A stretch of 64,000 bases of DNA from Candidatus Magasanikiibacteriota bacterium (lineage in GTDB: Bacteria; Patescibacteriota; Patescibacteriia; Magasanikbacterales; UBA922): positions 64,751-128,750 of the forward strand of contig JBPOIO010000004.1 in assembly GCA_052034405.1 (NCBI GenBank), written 5' to 3'. Positions 10,673-19,895 of this stretch are shown one piece after another (the stretch's first letter is position 1; each line of letters opens with the position of its first letter). The translations under genes were made by a program, and so were the position numbers. The notes below the pieces were generated by a model. It was given only the letters and a program-made list of their open reading frames with translations. It did not search any database and was not told where the DNA came from.

Positions 10673-11443
10673 CTAAAATTTTCTTGTCTTTCCCACAACC
10701 ATCTGGATTTGTCCTTTTGCCAAGCGAATCTTGAGTCTTGTTTCTTTTGACTCACGACCATCGGCATCAAGTACAAATGGATGATCACTACTCACGACCA
10801 TTTCTTCAAAAGGAAAGACGCTTGGGTCTTCGTATTCGTAACCAAAGAATCTTTTCTTATGCATTGGCCGCAAAAAGGCTTCGAGCTTTCCATCTTGTGG
10901 ATGAATAGTTTGTGCCTTGCCCTTTCCATTTTTCAATGTATAAGGCTGCAAGTTACAAACCACCAATTCAAGAGCCGTATTTTTTCCACGGCTTCGTACG
11001 GCAAACTTTTCGTCATATTCAACCAAAAGCTCTGCTGGTGCGATATGAAGCTGTGAAATAAAATAGCGATTGTTCACCCAGCCGACATCTAGGTACACCT
11101 TACGGCGACGAGAGAGTGTCTCACAGGCTTCAATCCCCGTAGGGATCCCAAGTACCCCAGCAATAGTATTGTATTGCTCTCCAATAGGGAGAAAGCCAAA
11201 TAATACTTTACAGGTAGCTGCTCGAGAAAGGACATGACCAAAGGTTACATCGTTTCCGACGATTACCACGGTTTTTGCCCCCTTTTTTATCTCATCTTCA
11301 ATAACGGCCTCAGCATTCGTAAAATTCTGAAGCCTGACTATTTTACCCGCAATTCAAAAATCTGTCAAGCGGGTCTCGATAGTCATCATAATAGAGTCAA
11401 AGCGCTTTTCTTTGAGGTAATTGTCGTAGAGATAAACGTACAT
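10673..11443 (-). pseudogene. Diacylglycerol-kinase-like (YegS/DAGK fold) protein interrupted by an in-frame TGA at codon 30
   Basis: From ATG 11443: MYVYLYDNYLKEKRFDSIMMTIETRLTDF*IAGKIVRL...TVVIVGNDVTF, in frame with the 198-aa ORF; TGA at 11354-11356. May be a sequence error. Confidence 0.7.
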
Positions 11444-11444
11444 T

Positions 11445-11930
11445 TTATTGATTTTCCTCTTCTTCGCTCGAAACTTCAAAATCTTCTTTTATACGACCAC
11501 GAACAACGCGTTTCTTTTCTGCTTTTGCACCATCCATTTCTATTCCGTCCATTGCGACCTTTCCATGAAGCAAAGCTCCGGCCTCAACAACCAAAACAGC
11601 ACATTCAATATCCCCAAGGATACGAGCCGTACTTGTAACTTCAAGACGTTCCAAAACTTTAACGTTTCCTTTGATTTCTCCAGCAATAACAGCATTTCCA
11701 GCACGAACATTAGCAATAATTCGGGCTCCTGGTTCAACCGTAAGAAGTTTACTTGTTTTCACACTTCCAGAAACAGTTCCTTTGACCAGAATATTTCCTT
11801 CAGAGGCAAAGTCTCCTTCAACATGCACAGAAGGTCCAACGACTGTTTCTACTTCGTCATGAGAATAAGTATTTGCGGCATAATTTTCTTCTTGTGCAAG
11901 TGCAATTTGAGGAGATGGTTTTTGAAACAT
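11445..11930 (-). CDS. Bactofilin / polymer-forming cytoskeletal protein
   Basis: TVVGPSVHVEGDF-x-SEGNILVKGTVSG...AVIAGEIKGNV...LEV-x-STARILGDI...LVVEAGA. Confidence 0.92.
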   Translation of the reverse strand: MFQKPSPQIALAQEENYAANTYSHDEVETVVGPSVHVEGDFASEGNILVKGTVSGSVKTSKLLTVEPGARIIANVRAGNAVIAGEIKGNVKVLERLEVTSTARILGDIECAVLVVEAGALLHGKVAMDGIEMDGAKAEKKRVVRGRIKEDFEVSSEEEENQ

Positions 11931-12036
11931 ATCAAAAAAATAAAGATGAATACTTTGACATATAGTATACAACAAATTTCAAAAAAACAAAACTCCGAGG
12001 ATCGGAGCTTTGAATAATAAAAGTATTCAGTAGATA

Positions 12037-13731
12037 TTACATCTCATCTACTGTTTGAATAGTAAGAAGTGAAAGAGAATTCGTTACTACTATTTTTACC
12101 GCTTCACACAGAAATAAACGAAGATCTACAAGTTCTTTATTTTCTGCTTTTAGAATCTCATGCTTATTATAAAATTCATTAAAAGCCTGCGCCACATCAA
12201 ATGAGTATTTTGCAATCACCGATGGATTGTAATTTTCTAAGGCTTTTTGAATAATCCCTTCATATTCTGCTAGCAAAAGAAGAATATTTTTTTCTTCTGT
12301 TTCTTTGAGAAGAGCAAAGTTTGTTGTTTCATTTCTTTCTCCTGCTTTTCGTAACAAACTATTGATACGCGCAAGTACATACAAAATATAAGGTCCTGTA
12401 TACCCCTCAAAACTCGTAGCATCTTTCAAATCAAAAACAATATTTTTTGATGCTTCATGTTTTTGTAAGGTAAATTTGAGAGATGCTTGACTCAATTTTT
12501 TGACAGTATCTATAAGTACATCTTGATTCCAATCTGGATGGCGTTCTTGACTCTCACGGTACATTTTATCAGCAATTTCATCACGCAAATCTTCGTAGAG
12601 CACCACATTTCCAAGGCGGGATGACATTTTGCCTTCTGGTTTTGTTACCAAGCCATAACCAATATGTGTAAACTTCTTTTTGAAACCAAGCATCTCCAAA
12701 ATTTTGTAGAGCTGTTTGAAATAAAAATTTTGTTCAATACCTGTAATCACAATACTTTCGTCCACATCGTACTTTTCAAACTTTTCTTTTGCAAGAGGAA
12801 TATCACTCGTAAGATAAAGCCCTGTACCATCTGATTTTCGAAGAAGCGCAACATCCAATTTTTCCTTACTTAGGTCAATAATAATAGCTCCCCCTTCTCC
12901 CACTTGCGCAATACCTTTTTGAAGAAGTTCATCCACAGTTTTTTGTCCCGCCGCTTTGATAGTACTTTCATAAAATGTTGTTTCATGATGCACTCCAAGC
13001 TCGGCAAAAAGTTCATTGAATTTTTCAATACTCCAATCACGTGTTTCTTGAAACAATTTTGTAATTTCACTTTCCCCTGCTTCCAATTTTTGTTGAATTG
13101 CAGATACTTCTTTTTTGTATTCATCATTTTCTTTCACCGCGCTACTTGCTTCAGCATAGACTTCTCCCAGCCATTTTTGACGATTTCCCTCTGGAATAAT
13201 ACCATCATAGAGCTTTGTCACACCCCAAAGACATTTGGCAACATGAGATCCAAAATCATTGAGATAATTCACAGGAACAACTGTATAGCCACTTTTGCGA
13301 TACAAATTCACGAGAGTGTTTCCAATACAGACATTACGAAGGTGACCAATATGAAATTCTTTATGCGTATTGTTTGAAGGGTATTCAATCATGACAGACT
13401 TTCCCTGACCAATTTTATTTGCTCCAAAATTCTCTTGCTTTAAGGCAATTTCTGTCAAAATAAGTTTTGCAAGTTCCCCTGTATTCAAAAAGAAATTCAC
13501 ATAAGGACCAAAAGCAGCCACTCGATCGATAAGAGGATTACTTATCAAAGCTAATTTTCCAAATATTTCTTCTGCAAGCTCTGCGGGGTTTCGCCCTTGT
13601 TCTTTTGCAAGGGAAAAAACAGGAAAAGCAAAATCTCCCATTTCTGCCTTTGGTGACAGAGTGATTTCTACATTTTCAATACCAATATTTTTCAAAATGT
13701 CTTTGAGTTGTAGAACAATAATTTCTTTCAT
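12037..13731 (-). CDS. argS: Arginine--tRNA ligase
   Basis: GPYVNF, HIGH, YLNDFG, KSDGTGLY, KMSSRLG, GPYILY. Confidence 0.97.
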   Translation of the reverse strand: MKEIIVLQLKDILKNIGIENVEITLSPKAEMGDFAFPVFSLAKEQGRNPAELAEEIFGKLALISNPLIDRVAAFGPYVNFFLNTGELAKLILTEIALKQENFGANKIGQGKSVMIEYPSNNTHKEFHIGHLRNVCIGNTLVNLYRKSGYTVVPVNYLNDFGSHVAKCLWGVTKLYDGIIPEGNRQKWLGEVYAEASSAVKENDEYKKEVSAIQQKLEAGESEITKLFQETRDWSIEKFNELFAELGVHHETTFYESTIKAAGQKTVDELLQKGIAQVGEGGAIIIDLSKEKLDVALLRKSDGTGLYLTSDIPLAKEKFEKYDVDESIVITGIEQNFYFKQLYKILEMLGFKKKFTHIGYGLVTKPEGKMSSRLGNVVLYEDLRDEIADKMYRESQERHPDWNQDVLIDTVKKLSQASLKFTLQKHEASKNIVFDLKDATSFEGYTGPYILYVLARINSLLRKAGERNETTNFALLKETEEKNILLLLAEYEGIIQKALENYNPSVIAKYSFDVAQAFNEFYNKHEILKAENKELVDLRLFLCEAVKIVVTNSLSLLTIQTVDEM

Positions 13732-13746
13732 ACGAAAATAAAAGTT

Positions 13747-14028
13747 TTAAAGAGATTCTGGAAATTGAGCAAAAACCTCCAAAATGGTTTCACGAAGTTC
13801 TACAAGAAGCCCTCCCTGCTCTGCAGCAGAATCACGACTAGAAACCCCATTTCCATAAATACCCTCCGCTCTTGTATATTCAAGTAACTTTTTTTTCAGC
13901 CACTCTTTTGCTGCTTGTTTCTCTTCAATAGAAGAATCTGATCTTTTCAAAATCTCTAGATATGGCTCAAGTTTAAATAATTCTGACTCTCGTTCATACA
14001 CAGTTCTCAAAGTAAGTCTTTCTCCCAT
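13747..14028 (-). CDS. Hypothetical protein
   Basis: 93-aa ORF packed co-directionally between tyrS and argS. Confidence 0.55.
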   Translation of the reverse strand: MGERLTLRTVYERESELFKLEPYLEILKRSDSSIEEKQAAKEWLKKKLLEYTRAEGIYGNGVSSRDSAAEQGGLLVELRETILEVFAQFPESL

Positions 14029-14033
14029 AGTAT

Positions 14034-15227
14034 TTATTTTATTTTGACAAAAAATCGTTTTCCTTTTTGGATAATATCCCCGGCTTTTGTTTGGGTTTCA
14101 AGTGATTCAACTTTTTCGTCATTGATTTTGACTCCGGCTCCCTCAATCTGACGGCGTGCCTCACCACGACTTTCTACAAAGCCAGCTTCAACGAGTACTG
14201 TAACAATATCATAAGCGCTTGGTTTCAATTCTGCAATTTCTGCTGGTTTTTCACTATTTTGAATCACTGCGGCAAAATGTTCGCGGCCAAGGCGTGCTGC
14301 TTCGTCCCCAAGAAACATTTCTGTCACATGATACGCAAGGTTGAGCTTGAAATCACGTGGGTTCGCACCATTTTTCATTGCCTCTTCTACTTCTTTTACT
14401 TCGTGCATTGGAATACGCGTACAAATTTCAAATCCAGGGACAATCATCTCATCACTCCAGCGCATGACTTTTCCAAACATATCCTCTGGTGAATCTGACA
14501 TGGCAATCATATTTCCTTCGCTTTTGCCCATTTTCTTTCCGACTGAATCCGTAAGGAGTTTTCCAGCCACAACAAATTTTTCTTTTCCACTCAAATCTTT
14601 CATGAGGTGACGCCCCGCAAGCATGTTGAATGTTTGATCGTTTCCTCCTACTTCACCGTCAACATCCATTGCTACAGAATCGTAACCCTGCATCAATGGG
14701 TAAAAAAATTCATGCATGTAAATAGGCTTTTCTTCTGCCATGCGTTTTTCAAACATATCACGTTCAAGCATTTGTTGCACAGTGAAATGACTTGCAAGGT
14801 CAATAACTTCGGCAAAAGTAAGTTTTCCAAGCCAGTCGTTATTGAAACGAAGTTCAGCAGGATTTTCTCCATCAAATTTGAGAATAGTCGATGCTTGTTT
14901 TTGGTACAATTTACAATTTTCCAAAACTTGTTCACGAGTTTGACGAACACGCGCAGCACCTTTGTCCGTAGGATCTCCAATAAGGGCAGTAAAATCGCCA
15001 ATAAGCATGATTACTTTGTGACCAAGTTCCTGAAAATCTCGAAGCTTCATGAGTGTAATTGCATGACCAATATGAAGTGTCGGACCAGTTGGATCGTATC
15101 CACAATAAATCGTAAGAGCTTTGCCCAATTTCAATTTTTCTTCCAAAAATTCGCGGTTTGGAAAAATATTTTCAACTCCGCGTTCGAGCAATGTCTGAAG
15201 TTTTGTTTCGTGATCAGTATGTGACAT
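14034..15227 (-). CDS. tyrS: Tyrosine--tRNA ligase
   Basis: GYDPTGPTLHIGH, YPLMQGYD, GGNDQTFN, KMGKS, C-terminal S4-like domain. Confidence 0.97.
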   Translation of the reverse strand: MSHTDHETKLQTLLERGVENIFPNREFLEEKLKLGKALTIYCGYDPTGPTLHIGHAITLMKLRDFQELGHKVIMLIGDFTALIGDPTDKGAARVRQTREQVLENCKLYQKQASTILKFDGENPAELRFNNDWLGKLTFAEVIDLASHFTVQQMLERDMFEKRMAEEKPIYMHEFFYPLMQGYDSVAMDVDGEVGGNDQTFNMLAGRHLMKDLSGKEKFVVAGKLLTDSVGKKMGKSEGNMIAMSDSPEDMFGKVMRWSDEMIVPGFEICTRIPMHEVKEVEEAMKNGANPRDFKLNLAYHVTEMFLGDEAARLGREHFAAVIQNSEKPAEIAELKPSAYDIVTVLVEAGFVESRGEARRQIEGAGVKINDEKVESLETQTKAGDIIQKGKRFFVKIK

Positions 15228-15237
15228 AGAAAATAGT

Positions 15238-16155
15238 TTAGGGCTTTAACTTTTGATTTTCTTTTAATAAATTTCCCCAGTTTATTGATAAAAAATTTGC
15301 TTTTTTTTCAAGGATACTACGCAACAATACAAGATTTTTAGGCGTTGGTTTTATACCCAATACAGTAATTGCCAAATCTCTTTCTTCAAGCGTCTGAGTT
15401 GGATTTTGATACCACTTGGCCAAAACCAAAGCAGCTTTCTCTAAGTTTGTTAATTCCGAGGTATTTTCAAGATCATAAATAACATTTTGAAGTCTTTCTC
15501 GAGAGATTTTTAATGATAGAGTTTCATCAATATCTGTTGCATCACCCCTTTTTTTATTTGTTACCAATTCCCAAAAATAATTATATTCAGGAAAAAGATC
15601 CCGAAGACGTACAATAATTTGAGATATTCTACTTTCATCCAACTTCAATTCATTGGCAATCTCCTTATTTGAATATCCATCAAATTTTCTATGAATTATA
15701 ATATTTATATTTTTTAAATATTGCTCGTCAATATTTTTAGATTCAGCCCTATCCACAATATCTTCCCAAATTTCCGCAAGATGATCATGGAGAAAATCAT
15801 ATTCATCAACGCCACCAAGAAAACGTTCTTCAGAAGTATTCGAAGGATAATCCATATCTCCGAGAATAGGACCGGACACTTTAATTTTAAAATTCCTGTG
15901 CCGTAATAAATCTACAAGTGTATATTTATAAAGCTGTAAGCGATATTGTTTATTCACCAAAAAATCATCTAGATTTACAGCATCGGGAGTATTTATTTTT
16001 ATCGTCATACGTCCAAATACTTCATCAGCGGATTCTTCATCCAAGTGACATAACTGAAGTATCTTCAATTTGTCAGCCAAAAGAAGCATATACGCTTGTT
16101 CGATACGTTCTTTTTCCATTCCAGATTTACGAAATTCTCCTCGGTTTTCTGTCAT
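15238..16155 (-). CDS. Hypothetical protein with sigma-70 region 4-like HTH
   Basis: GYSNKEIANELKLDESRISQI; start overlaps the valS stop (ATGA); very AT-rich. Confidence 0.7.
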   Translation of the reverse strand: MTENRGEFRKSGMEKERIEQAYMLLLADKLKILQLCHLDEESADEVFGRMTIKINTPDAVNLDDFLVNKQYRLQLYKYTLVDLLRHRNFKIKVSGPILGDMDYPSNTSEERFLGGVDEYDFLHDHLAEIWEDIVDRAESKNIDEQYLKNINIIIHRKFDGYSNKEIANELKLDESRISQIIVRLRDLFPEYNYFWELVTNKKRGDATDIDETLSLKISRERLQNVIYDLENTSELTNLEKAALVLAKWYQNPTQTLEERDLAITVLGIKPTPKNLVLLRSILEKKANFLSINWGNLLKENQKLKP

Positions 16156-18821
16156 AGTAATGTAGATATTTGAGCTTGTAATTTTTCTAATTTTTCCATT
16201 GCCTCAGCAAGCTTCGCACGTTCTTTTTCGACGATTGGCGCTGGTGCACTCGTTGCAAAATCCCCTGCGAGTTTTGCTTCAAGTGACTTAACATATGGCG
16301 CAATAAGAGCAATTTCTTTTTGTAGACGTGCACGTTCTTTTTCTATATCAACCGCACTTGAAAAATCAAGGTATACTTCAATTCCACTTTCTACAAATGA
16401 AATTGCACCTTCTGTTTTTTCTGCATTTATACTTAAATCTTCAAGATTCGCAAGACGCAAAAATATTGCTTTATTTTCTATGATCAAATTTTCATTTTCT
16501 GCTACAAAATTTGCCTTGATTTTTTTTGCTGCTTCAATTTTGTATTCAGTACGAAGTGCTCGAATTTGAGTGATGATATGTTGCAGAGTAACAAAAGTGT
16601 TTGCATTGTTTTCGTTAATACTATTGTTTTCAATAAAAGGATATTTTTCTACCATCAAAATATTTTCTTCGCCATAAATTTCTTTCCACAAAGTTTCTGT
16701 GACATATGGCATAAATGGATGCCAGAGCTTCAAAATACTATTCAAAAGATAGTTCAAAATATCAGATTTTTCACCCTCAATTTTGGCAATTTCCAGATAC
16801 CAATCTGCCAAATCTCCCCAGGTAAAATCACGAAGACGCTCCCCTGCCGAAGAAAGATTGTATTTTTCAAGATCATTGATTGAGTCAAAAATCACTTGAC
16901 TCAGACGACTCAAAATCCAACGATCGGACAAAGTTTTTGCAACAGGAACAGCACTATCTTTTTTTGGATCAGAAATATTGAGCAGCATAAAGCGACTCAT
17001 GTTCCAAAGCTTGTTTGTAAAATTTCGAAATCCGGCAATCTTTTCTTCCGAGAGTTTCATGTCGTTTCCTGGAGTTGAGCCAAGAAGCAATGAAAGACGC
17101 GTTGCATCTGTTCCATACTTCTCGATCATATCAAGCGGATCGATAATATTGCCAAGCGATTTACTCATCTTGCGGCCCTGTTCGTCACGCACCAGTCCAT
17201 GCAAATATACAGTTTTAAATGGCACATCCCCAAGCGTGTAGGTTGTCATAAGGATCATGCGCGCCACCCAAAAGAACAGAATATCGTATCCTGTTTCAAG
17301 AACAGATGTAGGATGAAAGGTTTGCAAGTCTTTTGTTTTTTCTGGCCAGCCAAGAGTTGAAAAAGTCCAAAGACCAGAAGAGAACCAAGTATCAAGAGTA
17401 TCAGGATCTTGTATCCAGCCCTCACCTGCTGGAGCTTCTACTCCAACATACATTTCTTCGCCCCGATACCACACCGGAATTTGATGCCCAAACCAAATCT
17501 GGCGAGAAATACACCAATCACGCAAATTGTCGATCCAGTGAAAGTATGTTTTATCAAAACGCTCAGGCACAATTTCAATATTTCCTTCACGCACCACAAT
17601 CTGCATACGTTCTTTGAGACTGAGGTTTCCATTGAGTGCTGGAATTTTTGCATCATGGGTTTCTACTTTTTTGTTGACATCAATAAACCACTGCGTCTTT
17701 GGAAGTGGCTCCACAACATCTTTAAATCGATCACTGGTCCCAGCATTTTGCATAATATCTTCTTCTTTTTCGAGAAGCCCACTTTCAGAAAGCCAAGAAA
17801 CAACTTTGGCGCGCGCTTCTTCAACTGTGAGTCCAGCATATTCTGATCCAGCCTTCGCCGTCATACAACCATCTTCACCTATAACCTGAATAATGCCGAT
17901 ATCGTTGCCAAGTGCTTTTTGTTTTTGATACATCTCAAAATCAATTGGACTATGTGCTGTTGTTACACCAAGCGCCCCAGTACCAAAGCTATCATCAATT
18001 CCTTCGTCTCCAATAACTTTGATATGCAAAGTATGTCCCTCTTGCCCAAAATCAGAAACATCAAATTCTTGACCAATATATTGTTTCCACTTCCCATCAG
18101 GATGAACGGCAACAGCACTGTCCCCAAGTTTTGTTTCAGGACGAGTGGTCGCAATAGAAATTGGAAAATCTTTTGCATATTTGAAAGTATACAATTTTGC
18201 AGGACGTTCTACATATACAAGTTCATCATCACTACATGTTGACTGTCCTTTTACAGACCAATTGATCACACGGTATCCACGATAAATAAGCCCATCATCA
18301 TACATTTTTTTGAATACCGTTCGGACAGCTTGAGTACGAGCATCATCGAGTGTATAGGCTTCACGAGACCAATCCAGAGAACTTCCCATTTTTTTACTCT
18401 GATTCACAATCGTATCATGACTCTCCTTCGCAAATTTTTTCACGCGCTCCAAAAATACCTCGCGGCCGAGCTCTTCTTTTGGTTTTTTCATTCCTTCATC
18501 TTTGATCAAAATCCCTTCGACTTTTGACTCCGTTGCTACAGCCGCATGATCTGTCCCCGGAATCCAAAGAGTACGATCCCCTTTCATCCGGTGATATCGA
18601 ACCATACAGTCCTCGATTGCAAGCATCGCAGCATGTCCCATATGAAGTGTCCCCGTCACATTTGGAGGTGGCAAAACAATTGTAAAAGAATCCGCATCTG
18701 ACGCAGTTACACCCTTTTCAACACAAACATCGGGATTAAACAATCCGCTTTCTTCCCAGCGTTTATAAATAGCATCTTCATATTTTTTTGGCTCATATGC
18801 TTTATCAAGTTCTTTTGGCAT
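16152..18821 (-). CDS. valS: Valine--tRNA ligase
   Basis: PPPNVTGTLHMGH, GTDHA, TTRPET, DWCISRQIWFGH, DTWFSS, KMSKS, C-terminal coiled coil. Confidence 0.98.
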   Translation of the reverse strand: MPKELDKAYEPKKYEDAIYKRWEESGLFNPDVCVEKGVTASDADSFTIVLPPPNVTGTLHMGHAAMLAIEDCMVRYHRMKGDRTLWIPGTDHAAVATESKVEGILIKDEGMKKPKEELGREVFLERVKKFAKESHDTIVNQSKKMGSSLDWSREAYTLDDARTQAVRTVFKKMYDDGLIYRGYRVINWSVKGQSTCSDDELVYVERPAKLYTFKYAKDFPISIATTRPETKLGDSAVAVHPDGKWKQYIGQEFDVSDFGQEGHTLHIKVIGDEGIDDSFGTGALGVTTAHSPIDFEMYQKQKALGNDIGIIQVIGEDGCMTAKAGSEYAGLTVEEARAKVVSWLSESGLLEKEEDIMQNAGTSDRFKDVVEPLPKTQWFIDVNKKVETHDAKIPALNGNLSLKERMQIVVREGNIEIVPERFDKTYFHWIDNLRDWCISRQIWFGHQIPVWYRGEEMYVGVEAPAGEGWIQDPDTLDTWFSSGLWTFSTLGWPEKTKDLQTFHPTSVLETGYDILFFWVARMILMTTYTLGDVPFKTVYLHGLVRDEQGRKMSKSLGNIIDPLDMIEKYGTDATRLSLLLGSTPGNDMKLSEEKIAGFRNFTNKLWNMSRFMLLNISDPKKDSAVPVAKTLSDRWILSRLSQVIFDSINDLEKYNLSSAGERLRDFTWGDLADWYLEIAKIEGEKSDILNYLLNSILKLWHPFMPYVTETLWKEIYGEENILMVEKYPFIENNSINENNANTFVTLQHIITQIRALRTEYKIEAAKKIKANFVAENENLIIENKAIFLRLANLEDLSINAEKTEGAISFVESGIEVYLDFSSAVDIEKERARLQKEIALIAPYVKSLEAKLAGDFATSAPAPIVEKERAKLAEAMEKLEKLQAQISTLL

Positions 18822-18844
18822 AAAAATTTCAGTTTAGTAACCTT

Positions 18845-18873
18845 ATAGTATCGAAATTTACAGTAAAAATCAA
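18845..18873 (-). promoter_or_regulatory. valS proximal promoter TTGATT-N17-TACTAT
   Basis: Lies between the leader terminator and the valS start. Confidence 0.55.
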
Positions 18874-18875
18874 GT

Positions 18876-18940
18876 AAAAATAAAACCCATCCCCTTGAGG
18901 ATGAGCTTTTAAAAATATACAGAAAAACTCACCTCAAAGG
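18876..18940 (-). promoter_or_regulatory. Attenuator: terminator (18876-18910) with competing antiterminator segment (18923-18940)
   Basis: Terminator AAAGCTCATCC-TCAAGG-GGATGGGTTTT-ATTTTT; upstream CCTTTGAGGTGAGTTTTT pairs with AAAAGCTCATCCTCAAGGG (one bulge, G-U pairs). Confidence 0.7.
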
Positions 18941-18990
18941 AATTGGGCTACACGGACCACAGGATAACTCTGTACAAGATGATTTATCAT
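18934..18990 (-). CDS. Putative valS leader peptide MINHLVQSYPVVRVAQFL (18 aa)
   Basis: ATG 18990 to TGA 18934-18936; four Val codons (GTA, GTG, GTC, GTA); the stop codon lies inside the antiterminator segment. Confidence 0.65.
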   Translation of the reverse strand: MINHLVQSYPVVRVAQFL

Positions 18991-19052
18991 ATATGTTTAT
19001 ATAACCACAACAGCCCCATGCTTGTCAAATAAGGGGCTGTTGTAGCCAATTT

Positions 19053-19637
19053 TTATGCGTATTTTCGAATAACACTCGTTACGACTCCACCAACACGAAG
19101 TTCATCCTGAGGATAAATGTCCTTGTATTTACGATTGGCTGGACGCAAAAAAGCATTTGCACCTTTTTGAATAAAAAATTTCAAAGTCCAACCCTGATCT
19201 ATCTCGGCTACCACCACATCACCACTTTTGGGGTGTTTTGACCGATCTACAATCACCATGTCCCCCTTCATAATTCCAGCATCAATCATAGAATCCCCCT
19301 CTACCGTCAATACATAGGCTGTATCCGGATTGCGAACCAACATCTCATCAAGACTAATCACCTCTGCCATAGCTTCTTCTTCACTACTCGTCGGAAAACC
19401 AGCCTGAATTGTCCCAAGAACCCGCAAACCATAAAGACGCTTGGTAGGAATAAGCTTGCCCGTCTCGCTCTTGGCCACAAGCCCATCATCAATAAATTTT
19501 TGAATATACGAATGAACAGAATTTTTGGATTTAACAGAAAAGACCTGGGTAAGCTCTTCGTAACTTGGCAAACGATGGTTCCGCTTATAAAAACGGAGAA
19601 CTTCTTCTTTTCGTTTTTTATACAAATTTTCAGTCAT
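19053..19637 (-). CDS. lexA: LexA repressor
   Basis: Winged HTH (PSYEEL...SKNSVH), AG cleavage site (IQAGFP), GDSM catalytic Ser, TLK catalytic Lys. Start taken at ATG 19637. Confidence 0.92.
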   Translation of the reverse strand: MTENLYKKRKEEVLRFYKRNHRLPSYEELTQVFSVKSKNSVHSYIQKFIDDGLVAKSETGKLIPTKRLYGLRVLGTIQAGFPTSSEEEAMAEVISLDEMLVRNPDTAYVLTVEGDSMIDAGIMKGDMVIVDRSKHPKSGDVVVAEIDQGWTLKFFIQKGANAFLRPANRKYKDIYPQDELRVGGVVTSVIRKYA

Positions 19638-19652
19638 ACAAACAAACTTAGT

Positions 19653-19700
19653 GAACAAATGTTCTATATATAGTATAGAGAACAAACGTTCTCCTGTCAA
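19653..19700 (-). promoter_or_regulatory. lexA promoter (TTGACA-N17-TATACT) overlapped by two GAAC-N4-GTTC SOS boxes
   Basis: GAACAAATGTTC at 19653-19664 and GAACAAACGTTC at 19680-19691; -35 at 19695-19700, -10 at 19672-19677. Confidence 0.85.
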
Positions 19701-19895
19701 AGCATTTTTATACACTCTTTATCCACATTAAAATAAGAGTACTTTTTGCTTTTATATAGCACAAAAACGCCTCTTATCTCCCCCTTGACAATAAGACTCT
19801 ACTCTGATAGAATGCCCTATCCCCCTAAATAAAGCATTCAAAAACATTAAAATTTAGCTTTATAAAGCAGAATTTTAAGATCGTGGGGAATTTTT

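Noticed and set aside
18876-19030. T-box riboswitch upstream of valS
   Set aside because: No GGTGG-x-ACC T-box motif or stem I elements; the leader-peptide model fits better.
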